Assembly: GCA_004022145.1 (NCBI GenBank)
Contig: RCNU01000014.1
Length of the DNA: 64,000 bases
Strand: one strand, 5' to 3'
DNA from: Paecilomyces variotii
Taxonomy: Eukaryota
The translations under genes were made by a program, and so were the position numbers. Positions 1-16,320 of this stretch are shown here, one piece after another. The notes under the pieces were generated by a model. It had not been told where the DNA came from. It did not search any database and saw only the letters and a program-made list of their open reading frames with translations. Every line of letters begins with the position of its first letter. Position 1 is the stretch's first letter.

Positions 1-422
1 AGTTGATCCTTCACCCACAGCATTAGCGGTCCATTGTTTCTTTTGTTCAACTAATTAAGAACGACTACCACGTACGCGAACATCGAGTCATATTCCTCTT
101 CACTGATCTCCGTGATGGGTTTCTTCAACACCTTGCCGATCGTGTTGATGACAATGTTGATCTTGCCAAAATCGCCCAGGACCTCTTGGAAGAGTTTGTC
201 CACAGCCGCAGCCTTGGTCAAGTCGCCCTGGTAAAACGCGACCTTGACATTCGGATACTTCTGCTTCAGCTCCCCTTCGATCTTGGTCGCATCTGCTTTG
301 GATGACACGGAGTGGTAATGAAGCGCAAGGTGGGCACCAACACTGGCCAGCTGGAATGCAATGTCTGCCCCCAGGTTCTTCACTCCACCGGTGATGAGAG
401 CTACCTGTCCAGCAAGAGCCAT
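1..422 (-). CDS. Short-chain dehydrogenase/reductase (5' part; gene runs off the left edge)
   Basis: ATG at 422 gives MALAGQVALITGGVKNLG, an SDR Rossmann-type motif. Exon 1 is 422-76, intron GTACGT..AG is 75-9, and exon 2 resumes at 8. Confidence 0.85.
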
Positions 423-1088
423 CTTGAAGGGTTTGCGACGGAATATATTTCGATTCAACGATAAAGGCGTGTTATAGACAATAGACGTAGAAAGCCTGGG
501 GAGGATGACAAGAACATGATACCGTATCTTTTATAGGGGCCTTCTCAGATATCCCTAGGAATCGAATTGCTCTGTTCGATTCAGCTGCTGTAGTAGTTCA
601 TCCAGCATAAAGGTTCCGATGCGTTTTCCTAATCGGGGTATGTGGGGAAAACAAAAAGACATGCTAATTCGCTGTTCATGAGGAGATGCGATGCAATTTA
701 GGCCTCTGTGGCTGGCGTGCGCACCACTTTTAATGCGGTGGATCTGTGTTTTAGTCTACCCCGAAAACCTTATCTTCCCGATCCTGCGCGATTCCGTGTT
801 CGAGGCGGATAGTGTTGCCAACAATGATATTTTCAGCTTCCAATGTAATTGCACTTTGTGATCTCATGCATGAAGTGGTTTGTCATTGGGTGTGACCGAT
901 TCTATATTGTAGCGCCCAGAAAGTATGAGTGCATGACTCGTTCAGTGACGAGATTTCACCGTAGCTTATCGTCTGACAGTCCGCAAACGGATGAATCGAG
1001 CTGTCCGTGAGAAGCATGGTGACCATATGGGAAGCAAATAGTACCATGCTTGAGAATACAGTCCATAGTCATCGTAAATCGTGACACG

Positions 1089-2082
1089 TTAAGTCGCTCC
1101 AAGGAAATGTCCCGGATTAGGTCCAGGTAATGGTTCTCCGAGGACAAAAGTATCGTTGGGAAAGTAGAGTGACGCTCCATTCAGAAAAGCCGAATTCCGA
1201 TCAATCCAGATGCAAATGCGACGAAGGAGGCCATCCAAACCCAGCGAGGCCAACCCACCCCTGAGATCAACCATTTTCACGAGACCCGTCATATGCGTGT
1301 TATAGGTGTCTAAGCTACCAAACATAGCTTCGTAACTGGCCATCTTGGCCACTGCACCGATCACGGCATCGGTCAATGCCCTCTCGGGTTCACGCAAGGC
1401 TTCATTGATCGTGCGGATAGCCTCACATCTGAGCTGCAAAAGATCCGTCTTCATGTCACAGCCACTATATAGAGACGCATAATTCGAAGCTGCGATTAGA
1501 AGTATCACCAAGAAGGGAGCCGGCTCCGTCATCACTAGAGGGAACCATCTGGTCCTCAGGAGGCCAGAGTTACCAGGCTGATCGAGCTCAGGGATATCAA
1601 CAGCCATGCTAATCAGATCTAGTTGGTGTGAGCGTTGATGTCCACTTCTAGCTATCAATCACACATAGAAGAAGAAGATCTAGATAAAGCTAGAACAACT
1701 TACAGTGATCCACGATAGCTGGCATGAAAGGCCTCCAAGCAACGGGATAGGAGCGGAAAGGATCAACGCGCCCGCCACCCAGGATCCTGGGTATGGGCAG
1801 TGTTGAAGATGATGAACTAGAGCCTTGCCAATCTTCACCGTCAATGCCAGTCTTTCGGTTTCCATCCAGAAAGGAACAATCTAGTTCGATACGCAGTGGC
1901 AGAAACTCCTCTCGTCTCTTCTTAGATCGGACCGGTGCGGACTCCGAGCCTCTGTCCTCAAAATGCTTTCTCCATTGGTACCGGGCGACGTGTGACCGCA
2001 CCGCGAGCCGTTTGGACGCCCCTTTGGCATCATTGGGGTTTGCAATGTTTATAAAAGTAGGAGCAGGATGATCGATGGGCAT
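1089..2082 (-). CDS. Fungal-specific transcription-factor-like protein lacking a Zn cluster (Fungal_trans_2/DUF3468-like, tentative)
   Basis: Two ORFs are joined in frame by intron 1703-1619 (GTAAGT..CTAG). Motifs FINI..P, AVRSHVAR, GGGRVDPF, AIRTINEAL and HMTGLVKMVDLRGGL are typical of this fungal family. Confidence 0.75.
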
Positions 2083-3051
2083 GTCCTGTGCTGATCATAC
2101 ATTCCACATTGACTGCTGCGTGAGCGACGTAATAGGTAGGGGATTAGGTTTGGTGTGCGCGATCCCTCGATAAGACTCGATCAAATACATGCCAAGGATT
2201 ACAGCCGCGCCACAAGACATTCATGCTGCAGCGAGCATGCATGGGAGAGGGACGGGGAAAACTGGCGCAAACCGGACGTTAGTGTTGGAGCGGCGCGTAC
2301 GCCCGTTCCCATCAAAGTCACGTGAGTCGAAACAGTGTTCGATCGATTCACAAATGCAACGCTCGATCCATGATCAATCAGACAAGAGTAGCAGCATAGG
2401 ATCAGATCAATATTAATACGTCAATGTTAATAACCACTGCTTACTTTAGCCTACATCAGGTACAAACTGTTCAGTAGCCCCCAGGTGCATCCAAATACAT
2501 GTGAATATGGCAACACCAACAACATACGCTGTAAGATCTACAGCAGCAGGCGATGTGGTCCCTAGATCAATTATTTCTGCCTGTACTGGTTGTGCATATA
2601 ATGTTGAGGGGATGGGCGCAGACTGCATTGCTGCCAATTGACTGGTGAGTTCCGGCACCTTGTACTCCGGAAGAGGAGTTGTCGGAAACGCAGGACAACC
2701 AGAGACACTACAATTCTCACAGATAATCTGGAAGGTATTGAAAATGATATGGACTTGCTTTCTGGACGTCCAACGCCACTTCGGCTCTTGAATTCTTTGG
2801 ATATTCAACCATAGCAACAGGACATCTCCAGAACCAACGCAACCTCAGCGCCGTACAAACTTTTGCCAGAGGAAACAATCGTGATGCCGTTCGTTCGGAC
2901 CGATCCTCCCATGTTCTCATAGAGTTCATATTTCCCAGATTTTCCGCAGGCAAGTCATTATGGTGGATCTTATCCCCAGCGCAAAAACAGGCTCGTAATT
3001 CGAGATATCGTCCTTCTCAGTTTTCGCCCCCTTTCCATTGCTTCGGCCACT

Positions 3052-3396
3052 CTATCTGAGACGGCGGGCCTCACGCTCGGATTCTAGCAGGCACAGGATG
3101 TCATCCTGGCGGACTGTTCGAAGAAGTTAGCCGATCCCGCTTCCCTTCTACTCTTGGGAAGATAAATGACTCCATACCGGGTCCCTTGACGTTACGGATG
3201 ATGGAACGGCTCTGGTCGTCCATGAACTCGACGCGGACCTGGGTGACACCACCACGAGAGCCTGTTTTTTGCCGAAATAAGTTAATTCATGGACCATCCA
3301 AACGATTCCCTAGCGAGTGTATCTGATCAACATACCGGTACGGCCGAGGACACGGGTCACCTTGACGAGCTTGACGGGGGCTTTGGCGGACTCCAT
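3052..3396 (-). CDS. rps28: 40S ribosomal protein S28 (eS28)
   Basis: Not in the ORF track. Exons 3396-3336, 3261-3178 and 3113-3052 translate to [68 protein letters not shown]. Confidence 0.97.
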
Positions 3397-3826
3397 TGCT
3401 GCGACTGTTGCGACGTTGAGACTGGGATTGTAGTGGAAGGTCGGGCGCAGAAAGTGCGGAGATTCTTCTGATTTTCCACGAAAATCCAATTGTGTGCGGA
3501 AAGTCTCGCCCGGCTGTCGGATAGAGGGATATTCCGTTCCGCCTCCCGCAGCGTTGGCGAGATTGATTAGTCATCCAGGGCTCGGCGGACTTGGTTAAGG
3601 AACCAGTTATTTTTGGAAGGCGGTAGGGCGCGTGGCTTCTCACGTGACGTGACATCTGCCGCGGCCCGACAGCTTGATCTATCAACTATTGGAGTCTCAC
3701 ACACGATTGCAGGTCCTGCTCGCAGGTCAGTCAATCAAGATTTCGGATTTGAGAACAATACTCTTCGTTTTGTTTCTTAAAGGATCGAGCGAGGGTTCCT
3801 GAAACGGGTTATAGGCCCTTACCAAC

Positions 3827-5909
3827 ATGTCCAGCTCCTTCACCCTACCCCTCCGGCCTACGGTCGAGAAAGGCGCTCGAGAAGATGCTTTACCCATACG
3901 GATTGCTCAGATCAATGCGCAGCGCGGATCATTTCGCAACGTCACGGAAGAGAGCCTAAAAGCCGAGATCGAAGCGCAAAAGAATGGTGTGGAACGAAAA
4001 GAAGATGACAGCAAAGAATCGGACGTGGATGCAACCGAACGCATAGACCTGTTGTACAAGCGCCGCGCCGATATCACCCAATTCGCGCTGTAAATAGCCT
4101 CCATACGATTCTTGGCTCTGTATATCTTCTCGCTAACTTTTTATGTGTAGCCAGGCGCACATGGAATCCATGTTCGCTCTTGACTTTATATCCTTGCTGC
4201 TTTCGAAACACACTCCCCGCCAGGCGGAACTTTCTATGTCTCCGCACCTCAAACAAGTGGCACCCACTGGTTCATTGAGTACGGACATCATCACGTCTCC
4301 GGAGAAGTCGGAATCGGCAAAACGGGACAGGAAGGCAGTATCGCGTGGTTGGAAGCTTGAAAGCTTCAATGCGGCGGCAAACAAGCTACTGAAATCAGCA
4401 ACTAGGTTGGAGGAAGAGGTGGCCGCGGAGACAAAATACTGGGGAGAGGTGCTCACGATCAAGGACAAAGGATGGAAAGTCTGCAGGCTTCCAAGGGAAA
4501 GACAAGCCCTGGGTGTGCAGTACGGTTTCTTGGAAGGTATGGTTTTCGGCGCCCATCTGCCGACCGGATGATGTTAACGTCTATTTTGCAGCTACACCAA
4601 CCTTTAGAGATCGGGGGCTAGCATCTTTGCGCCGTGCTGAAAACGGGAGTCTGATCCTAGACAAGGGATTAGTGCCGTCGAAGGCAAGAGCTGTTCGTGT
4701 ACAGATAAAACGAGATGGCCGTACAACTGGATGCTCCAAGATGCCTACAGGCCCTTCTAATGGCGAGTGTTCAATAGAAGACCGGATTCTGCAGGCTCGC
4801 GATACGCTCTTTGAGGAAGAATTGTTCCACGAACTTAGTCGCGAGGCGCGAATCATGGCTAGCCAGGGTGTTATGACTGGGCAGAATCTCATACAGTTTC
4901 AGGCGTCCGAGGGTCAAGATGTGATTCTTGAGCTAGTTGATATCAATGAGACCTGGGACGACAGGCCTTCGGAGGGCCACGTGCCCGAGGATGACACCCT
5001 CTCGGATGGTATCGCTCATTCGATACGTATTCTGCTTTCTTATGCACATCGCCAGAACCTGCGTCGGAGGAGACAGATCCCGCCCCCATTGACTCCGAAG
5101 AAGCGATCAACCCCAGAATATCAGCTTCTACGGCCAATTGCTGGTTATCTCCAGCATAGTTCACATGTCCGTTCGCTAGGGGCATTCTTGAAAGACGTCT
5201 ACCGAGTCCTTCAATCAGCCGGAGTGGACTGCAGCTACACTGCGACGCCTTTCTCTTCTGTGAATCTCTCCAGGGATAGCGGCTCATCTCATACAGTTGA
5301 GAGGATCACCAAAGAGTTTCTATCGCCATTTGAATCCAGCTTTTCAGGAACTCTCGCAACGCCTGCGAGCTCCTTCAATATAAAAGTCCGTACCCACATG
5401 GCCCCTCCATCCTTGGGGACTGACTATGAAATCTCCATTAACCTCCCGAGTGTTCCCGACATACAACCACCGGCTAGACTGGGCCTCAAGGATGAAGTTG
5501 AGGCTCTTATTACTCACCTGATCACGCTTGATTTGGTGAACGTCATACCCTCGTTGTCACCTCGATCAAAGCCTTCCAGTGCTGAGCACATTTCGTCGGA
5601 CAACGCTAAGGATGTAAAACACTGCTTACTTGGCAGCCCACATTCCCACACCACGGAGAATTACGTGCTTTTTACCCAGCCACAGGTAGAAGCAAGAAGC
5701 TGGCTCTTAAGCTTTCTTCAAAAGAATTAACTCTTCAATCGAGCTGGCTATCTGGCTTGCAGATATCTGGAGATGAACTGCCGCCTGATCAGACTTCGTA
5801 TACCTGGAAGCCAGATGAAGACCTCATGGGCGCTCCGGGGAACATACTGACCCTGAAGGAAGCCGTTGAAGCGGTCTCACGAGAAGGGCTAACGGCACCG
5901 GAGTCTTAA
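3827..5909 (+). CDS. MED17: Mediator of RNA polymerase II transcription subunit 17
   Basis: Exons 3827-4089, 4151-4536 and 4592 onward. Med17 motifs: RGSFRNVTEESL, ALDFISLLLSK, ETKYW, GVQYGFLEA, ILQARDTLFEEELFHELSREAR. An apparent 1-nt frameshift near 5616-5619 needs correcting to reach the homolog-like C-terminus ending at 5909. Confidence 0.88.
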
Positions 5910-6208
5910 ATGGTGTTTTCCTATTTGCTTCGTCATACGAAGCATGGTTATTACTTGCGACGCCTATGAGAATAGTTCTATAACTCATTAATGTAAAAAA
6001 GTAAAAAAGCTGCTCAATGCAGTTACTCAATTGTCTCAAGCTCCCAGTAGGATGAGATTCAGCACGCGATAAATGCTTTCTCGTAAGATAATCTCGCCGC
6101 ATCCATCACGGCTCCCCATTGTTTCCCGCCTCTTATTCTCTCTTCAACTGGCTTAAAAATTTCACCAAGAAAGTGAGTCACGATATCATGTGACCCACAA
6201 CAACGAAT

Positions 6209-6280
6209 GGGCTTGTGGTTTAGTGGTATAATACCCCCTTAGCATGGGGGTGGTCCGGGGTTCGATTCCCCGCGAGTCCA
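6209..6280 (+). tRNA. tRNA-Ala (anticodon AGC)
   Basis: GGGCTTG/CGAGTCC acceptor stem with a G3:U70 pair, D-arm TGGTTTAGTGGTATAA, anticodon stem CCCCC-TTAGCAT-GGGGG, T-loop GTTCGATTC, followed by a T-run Pol III terminator. Confidence 0.95.
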
Positions 6281-6795
6281 TCTTTTTGCAACCCGTTGTG
6301 GCTCGTCGTTTTTCGAAACCCTTCTTTTTTTTGCCTTGCGGTATATATCAGTGGGCGTGCAGACCCAGACGCGGTGGGACGAAGCCAGGAAAGTGTCGCC
6401 GAGAAAGAATAAAATAATAGTTAAAACATGCGATAAGTGAGTAAAACAAGTCTTGTGATGACTCGGACTATAGAGCCTGAAAGAAAATAGAGTAATGAAA
6501 GCAAAGATTTCAGAGACGATGAAAGGACCCAAGAAGGGAGGCTTCCTCATCGATGGGAATGCATTTCCGATGTTCGATGCGGAACCTAACGATGCGAGAG
6601 ACGTCAACCCCAGCTGTCATGCATTAATGCGCATTCCTATTGTGCCTATTATGCCCGAGGGATTTCCATCCAGAATTCAGCTTAGGAGTCTCTCGTGGTC
6701 CAGACGGAGAACGATTATGACGCTCCCGCAAATGTGACGACTGGATGGGCCGCAGAACGAAAGTGTGATGGCATTATCGGAAAGTCGATGTACGT

Positions 6796-8615
6796 CTATT
6801 TCTTCTTGTAAGCCTCTTCTTCCTCCAGCTCTGCCATCTCGTCGAGCAACTGGACGGTCTCTGATGGATTCGCGATCCAGGCCGTTGTACATGCCAGCCT
6901 CGCCTATATACATGTTAGCATGACCGAGTCCTTCGTCCTTATTAAGGCTTTATGATGGAATCAAGCAAGAGATTTTGAGCAATAGGATGAGAGTGGGAGC
7001 TTACCTTGAAGTCATTGGAACCAGCAGACAGAAACTGGTCACCGATATGCAGTGTCTTGGAACGTTCAATGCCGCCAAAATAACGCTGGCATACGCGAAC
7101 ACCCCACGATTTATCGCCGATGTCGACAAAGACATCGTTCCCGCCTAGACATCTGCCGTCAGATCCATCAATGAATGATTCGAGATTCCAGGGCCACTAA
7201 CCGTTGAAGGCACAAAATGGCAGCCTTGAGCCAACGGGCGACCTATCCACAGTGCTTTGGACGACGAGCACCGTTTCTTCCAGCTGCTCCCGGTGCATCT
7301 TATGACCCGCGAGAGGGTATACACCAACTGCTCGTTCTTTGCGTAGTACAGCAGCAGGTAAATGCAAGTTGCTCACGCACTGGCGCAGCGCTGCTTCCGC
7401 AATGTCAAGAAGCTCTGTAATATCCTCATCCCGCCACGATCTCATCTCGTCCAGTAGCCATTCGCTTTGCGGAACATAAGTCATAAGGTCGGGTGACGAT
7501 CGGTCGAATTTGAACAGGAAGTTGCTCTCGCCGCCTAGTACGATCAGACCATTCCTCTGGGCCTCTGTCATCACAAGATCTTGATGAACGGCATCGAGTA
7601 AGCCTTTCAGACGCCCGTAGTATTTCGACGGTTCAGTATATCCTGCTGCGGTCACAATGCCCACCTTCTTTCCCTGCCGTAGAAGACGGATTATGCGATG
7701 TACAACTGGGTTGTCGTCGGTAATGGAAGCACCATCGTCGTAGAGAGTCACATCCCCATCGAATGTGACCAGATCGATGGCGCTACCGCGAATCAAGCCC
7801 ATTAACTGGGCGGTATTAAGGGTGAGGCGGATATCATTGAATGAAGGGGACACAAAGCGCCGCCTGCTAATGAATCGACGTTTGTCCTGGTAGTTGAAGG
7901 CATCTTCAAGCAGGAGGGGAGTAAAGAAAGTCCCGACTGAGGGAACAAGCAGCTTCAACTTGGACTTGCCCTCCGTCCCTGCATGTTGATGCGCGACTAA
8001 GTAGTTTGTCAGACTCTTCGAATAAGCCGTTAATGTATGGGTGGTAGGTCATTTACTATGGTCATTGATAAGGTTTTCGACATCGCGCATGATTTCTGCA
8101 TAGCGCTTATGGGTGTCCGCGGCCACCGCTAGCAGCTTAACGCTATGTTCCTGATAAACCGCTGTGGGTTGCGAGTGCAGCACAAACGGGACCGCAAGTA
8201 GACCCTACACTCGCATTAGAAAAGAATGCACGATGTACAATCCATGCTGGAAGATGTATCAGTTAGATTAGGCAGAATACGCACCTTGATCCACTCGATC
8301 TACGCCGCCCACTGTTAGCATATATCCCCATCGTAATCATGGAAGCCCCCCATCTGGTTTTGGCTCCAATTGTAAAAGTTGGAATATCTCACCAGCTGGT
8401 CACGACGATGTGACTGTCATGTAACACACATATCAGTCTCGTTGATGTTGAGTGCGTTTGGAGCTCTACAGGCGATTCTGGAGGCGACCCGAATGACGCA
8501 GCAATACACAAGGGGAATCATACCTTGAGAGCATCTGCAGCAAGTCAGCAACCGGTATATTGAAGATAGCCAAGCCTCCAGGGTCCTCACACTCGACACG
8601 ATAACGGGTAGTCAT
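6796..8615 (-). CDS. ISN1: IMP-specific 5'-nucleotidase (HAD family)
   Basis: 8 exons: 8615-8591, 8534-8524, 8413-8393, 8299-8285, 8204-8057, 7996-7202, 7144-7005, 6903-6796. N-terminus MTTRYRVEYALKSHRRDQLIEWIKGLLAVPF; HAD motifs FDGDVTLY and TLHIGDQF. Confidence 0.95.
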
Positions 8616-10063
8616 GATTGCTGATGCCTAAAGATCAGGGTTTGGAAGATCCGGATGGAGTTGACGATGCATCGGAATGACCCCAGTTCCCCAGGCCTAA
8701 AGTTAAGTTACGGTATGTGCCCGAGCTCAGCTTCCTAGCTTGGACTTTAGTTTCCTTTAGGCAAGGCCGCATTGTTCAGCGAGAGGGGCAAATCCGTCTG
8801 CATTAGACCGCCAGTTCTAGCCAGAATAATAATAATAATTCAAACGGTTGATCAACCATCCCAAAGATCCAGGCAATTTTGTTCTCGGCCGCAGAAACTG
8901 TCACAACGCGGGTTACAAGACCAGATCAAGACATTTGTGTGCAACAACCCCAGCTGATCTCGTGTCGCAAGACGTGCTTTTTGATGTTCATAAGGAGGAG
9001 CATACTTAACCTCGATGACCTGATGGCTGCTCTGTAAGGGATGTCCCTAGGTGCTAGGCGGGATAAGCGATAACAGAAGTCATCGCTGTTGCGCTGTAAA
9101 TAGTGCTGACTATAGTGCTGACTATGCTGAAATTCGAATTAATTACTATGATAGTAACCGCAGCGGAGAATTTTGCGGCAGCCATATCTTCAGAGAATGA
9201 TCTGTCTGGTAAGGTTGCCTTTGTTCAACAACCGAGATTCGTTCAATATTGTTCCATGCAGAGATAAACGCATCGCATCTCCACCGCCACGTCCTGTTCA
9301 GCTAAACCCAAATCTGACCCCGAAACCACTAGGTTCTTGTGTTTTCTGTCCATTCAGCTGTTGAGAATGGACGGTATCAACCATTCTGGGTAAGCGCTGT
9401 AGCTCATCTCGGACCATCTAGACCGGTGAAGGACATCAAGGCATCCCGCGCACGAGAAGCAGGCAACAATACCAACGACGCCAAAATATCCATGAGACCC
9501 AGGCAGACACGTTAATCATCCATCATCGGTAGTTATCATGGTACCATTGGGTTGATTTGTACTTCATCCACCAAGCCTCGATCCAGGATCACCAATCGCA
9601 GCCACATCTCGTACAACGTATAGAGTGACTCATTATCTTCCTCCCGAAGCCAATGCAACATATCCACATGGGATATATGCGATTAGATACCAGCAAAAGC
9701 CACTGAACCTTCGCAGAACCTGGCTGTTCAGTTGTTCCATTCAGCGCTATTTTCTAATTGCTCATTTCGGCACCATCTTTTGTTGTGCCGACGAGAAAGA
9801 GTCACTTGCGTCACAAGCAAGCTTACCAGGAACTGTCTACAATGACGATCATAATGTCTATAAGAAGTATAACACAATTATCGTCTAGTTCCCCCTTTCT
9901 CTCATCAAACTTACTCCAGCACTTACCTGGCATCCGCTCCATTGCAACTTATAGAACCCTTCAGAAAGCAGTTGTGTTCACTCACATTCGATAATACAAA
10001 CTGTGAACAAACAGTACGGCCAGCCCAAAAAAGCAGCTGTTTCTTCGGGAAATATTTTCCAAA

Positions 10064-11041
10064 ATGGACCCAAGTGCTCATGCCGGAGAATATAACTGCT
10101 GCCCAGATGTCGAACCCCCACCTGCCTATTCTCCGCCGTCCTTGACGGACGGCTCCTGGGAGCATTTTCCCGATGGCCATAACGATGGAGACGTTAAGTC
10201 CACAGCAGATCATTCATCTCTTCTCGAGAAAGAACCTCTCATCAGGCCAGCGGAGTCAGGAGAGCCTGGTTTTGCCACAGAGTCTGCTTTGCGGAGAGGA
10301 TTACAAGTCCCCACGAAATCGCGCCACATCACGTCGGGCTTCGAATATCCCACAGTACTAGCTCGTTATGACATCCCAGAAGTCGACTGGGCTCGTTTCA
10401 CTGGCGAAATCACCAACACAGCCGCCATGTCTCGCCGCCAATGGACCACGGCTATTGGAAGAGGTCTTGGGACATTTGCTGTCGGCGGATTACTGATCGG
10501 ATTTATGGGAGCTGTCCCTGCCGTGGTGGTGGCCAAGAAGGTGCGTGAGCATCGCGAACAACAGAATCTGGCACAAGCCATGTCGCCTGGCAGTACTTCT
10601 TCCCTGCCACGGAAGATCGAGCTCTGGAATGAATCCTACTTCAAGCCACGTGGGATCATAATCCGAGTTGATCTCCCATTCGAAGACATGGCGGACATCG
10701 ACTTCATGGACGTCAGCACAAGCGAAGACTATAAAGAACAGTATCAGTCCCGACGGCCATCTCTAGACGAGAGCACTGGCCTGTCGCACGCACGAACGAA
10801 CAGCTACGACGAAGGTACTGCCCGAGCCAAAGCTTCTCGTAGAGGCCGAATTGTCATCATCCCTCTCGATGCAAGGATGGATTCGACGTCGCGCTCTCCT
10901 TCCACAATGAGCTTGCAAGAACAAGATGATCACCTAGATCAGGGTGGTGGGCGGGGAGCGCGGCATCAGGGGTTATCGTCACCGGCAGAGTATGGGAGGG
11001 CTAGGAAGACCAGCCGTTACGCGTCGGAACCGTTACCGTAG
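10064..11041 (+). CDS. Conserved fungal hypothetical protein (DUF4646-like, tentative)
   Basis: Single 325-aa ORF with PPAY, SGFEYP, DWARF, a Gly-rich hydrophobic segment and WNESYFKPRG. Confidence 0.7.
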   Translation: MDPSAHAGEYNCCPDVEPPPAYSPPSLTDGSWEHFPDGHNDGDVKSTADHSSLLEKEPLIRPAESGEPGFATESALRRGLQVPTKSRHITSGFEYPTVLARYDIPEVDWARFTGEITNTAAMSRRQWTTAIGRGLGTFAVGGLLIGFMGAVPAVVVAKKVREHREQQNLAQAMSPGSTSSLPRKIELWNESYFKPRGIIIRVDLPFEDMADIDFMDVSTSEDYKEQYQSRRPSLDESTGLSHARTNSYDEGTARAKASRRGRIVIIPLDARMDSTSRSPSTMSLQEQDDHLDQGGGRGARHQGLSSPAEYGRARKTSRYASEPLP

Positions 11042-11520
11042 AATTCATATTATGGTCGTGGTATTATTTTTCTTCTGTGTCTTTATTTCCATATGCGATC
11101 ATCTTGTTGGTTAGCATAGCCGGTTCCAACTAAACGTATGTAATAGGTTAGATTCTTAGGTAAAATCTCCTGAATATAAAAAAATCGCTAGTATGAAGAG
11201 AGAGTGGTCTGCTGAGTGAGGCAAAGAGCAATAGATCTTAGAAATTGATTACGTCGAAAGCATACTTGTTCGCTAGAATAATGAATAAAATCAACACTTT
11301 TGCTGCAACTAAAATACTCTAAAAATATGCGGAGATGGAAGCTCAGGAACGGTGCGTGGTGTCATCGGTGGCCCGTGCTTTCTCCAGAGTCGATGCTGCA
11401 GCTGCTTCATGTGCTGCCGCCTGCACATCGAAACTCACACCCAAACAACGCCGGCTGCAAAGACCTCATCATCTAGAATAGTGGATATGCATCTTTAATG
11501 ATCGATTGGAATCCGATAGG

Positions 11521-12843
11521 ATGGTGTCCTTCTGGCCCTGGAAGGTAAGCTCCCTGTGCCACACGTTCGCATCAGCAGAGATCTGACAATGTCGCGCGTG
11601 TTCTTGTTAGGGCGAGGATAACTCCCCAGCGTCTTTCGAGAAGGCTCTGTCGACATTATCTACAAAGATTACAGAGACCACCGTCCGGTTAGATCTCTAC
11701 CGGCAGCGGTCCCGTCGGTTCAAGGCCCTCTGGACTCTCTACACAATATTTGCCTACCTCCTCTACTCGATCATCCTCGCTCTAGTTCTAGGATACCAGA
11801 ATTGGGGCCCAATTGAATATGGAGCCGTTGCAGGTGGCCCAATCGCGTCAGTCTATACTCAGTTTCCGTGAGCGTATGCCCAGCTTGCTGATGGTTGCAG
11901 TATCTACGCAGTTAGAGCGGTCGCGGGCAAGCTCTTCGAATACCAGATCTCGAAGGCACAGCGTCACCTGGACAGCCTTAACGCCCAGCGAGAAGCGACA
12001 ATCGAGAAGCTTAAGGTCGCGACGAAATATAACTCCACCCAGCAGCTCCTGGAGAAGTATGGCGGCGAGTCACCTAAGCCTACTCCCCCTCAAGGCGGAG
12101 AGCACCTGAAACAGAGAGAGCCGGGTAATAAACAGGAAGCGCCGAGACAAGGTGGTAGAACGGGGTTGCCTCCACCCCCGACGGCGAATATAAGACGGCC
12201 TCAAGAGAGGCAGCAACTGCCTGCAATTCCCGTTAGTCCTCCACAGGACGCCGGTCCCAGTCCGCTGCCGCCATCCTTCGCAGAAATGCAGGATTTCCCA
12301 AGACCTCCGCCATCCGTAGATGAGCCAGGCTTTGCTCCCAACGCTTTTCCAGCCTCTGCGCAGTACCACGAGAATCCACGGTGGTATGACCGACTCATGG
12401 ATGTCCTTCTTGGAGAAGACGAAACACTCCCGAAGAACAGATTGGCGTTGATATGCAGCAACTGCAGACTGGTCAATGGCCAGGCGCCTCCGGGCGTAAA
12501 AAGTCTCGAGGAAGTAGGGAAATGGAGATGTGGAGGCTGTGGTGCCTGGAATGGGGAGGAGAGTGAGGCGGAAAAGATGCTTGCGGATATGAGGAGACAA
12601 CCTCAGACCGCGGACGGAGCATGGGAGCGTGTGTCAAAAGGCGAAGAGGACCTCTCATCGAATGGAGACGTGACAGATGAAGGAGTTATTGTTGCAGCTA
12701 GTGAAGGCTCGAGGCTCTCCGACGTAGAGCAAGAAGACGCTGGGGAGGATGACGAACAGCCTTCAGAGGAAGAGCAGAAGCAGACAACCAGGTCTAAGCG
12801 TGGACGTCCGAAGGGGAGTAAGGGGAGTAGACGGAGTGCATGA
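11521..12843 (+). CDS. LNP1: ER junction formation protein lunapark
   Basis: Exons 11521-11544 (MVSFWPWK), 11611-11846 and 11901-12843. Two TM segments, TKYNSTQQLLEKY, WYDRLMDVLLGEDE and zinc finger ALICSNCRLVNG..WRCGGCGAWN. Confidence 0.93.
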
Positions 12844-13386
12844 GCTTTGTTTTTCCACTTCTTGCATGTCTTATTCTTACTCGTTTTCAATTCGACTCTC
12901 TTTGGATATCAGCGAACAGTCGTGCCATAGTACTCTGTGTGTAATAATTTCTTGAGCCCTGTACCGTATTTTGCTATCCACCTGTAGATAATAAATTACT
13001 TGATTGCTTTAAAGCCCCGGATACGGGCTATCCTTTATTTATGAAAACAGGACCTATGCTTACCCGACTTGTTAGAACGGAGGAAATCTATAATTTGTAT
13101 GTTCCTTAGACATCACCCTATACGATCTATCTGCACGTTTTTTTCTCTCTCGTAGTTACATAATTTCGAGCGTCATGGGATATCAATACGAATCCGCATA
13201 CTGCCTCATTTAACATGATCTTGGGATACCGAAAAGACGACGTACTCAACCCCAGTGGGACGACGACGATAAACATCACGCTATAGACCGTCCCGCCTCG
13301 ACGCCATCAATCAACAACTCCTGATGTTTTTCTCTTGCTATTGCGCCCTAGCGCTCGGAAGTAGACTTGTGGCTTTTCACCAGCGT

Positions 13387-16320
<2,934 letters not shown>

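Noticed and set aside
2446-2953. ORFs 2446-2817 and 2717-2953 (minus strand) downstream of rps28
   Set aside because: No recognisable motifs or consistent splice structure; probably 3' UTR or intergenic.
3287-3685. ORF-track proteins overlapping rps28
   Set aside because: Wrong-frame or antisense shadows of the real three-exon rps28 gene.
9100-9130. 12-bp tandem repeat ATAGTGCTGACT x2 plus a partial copy
   Set aside because: Short slippage duplication with no evidence of function.
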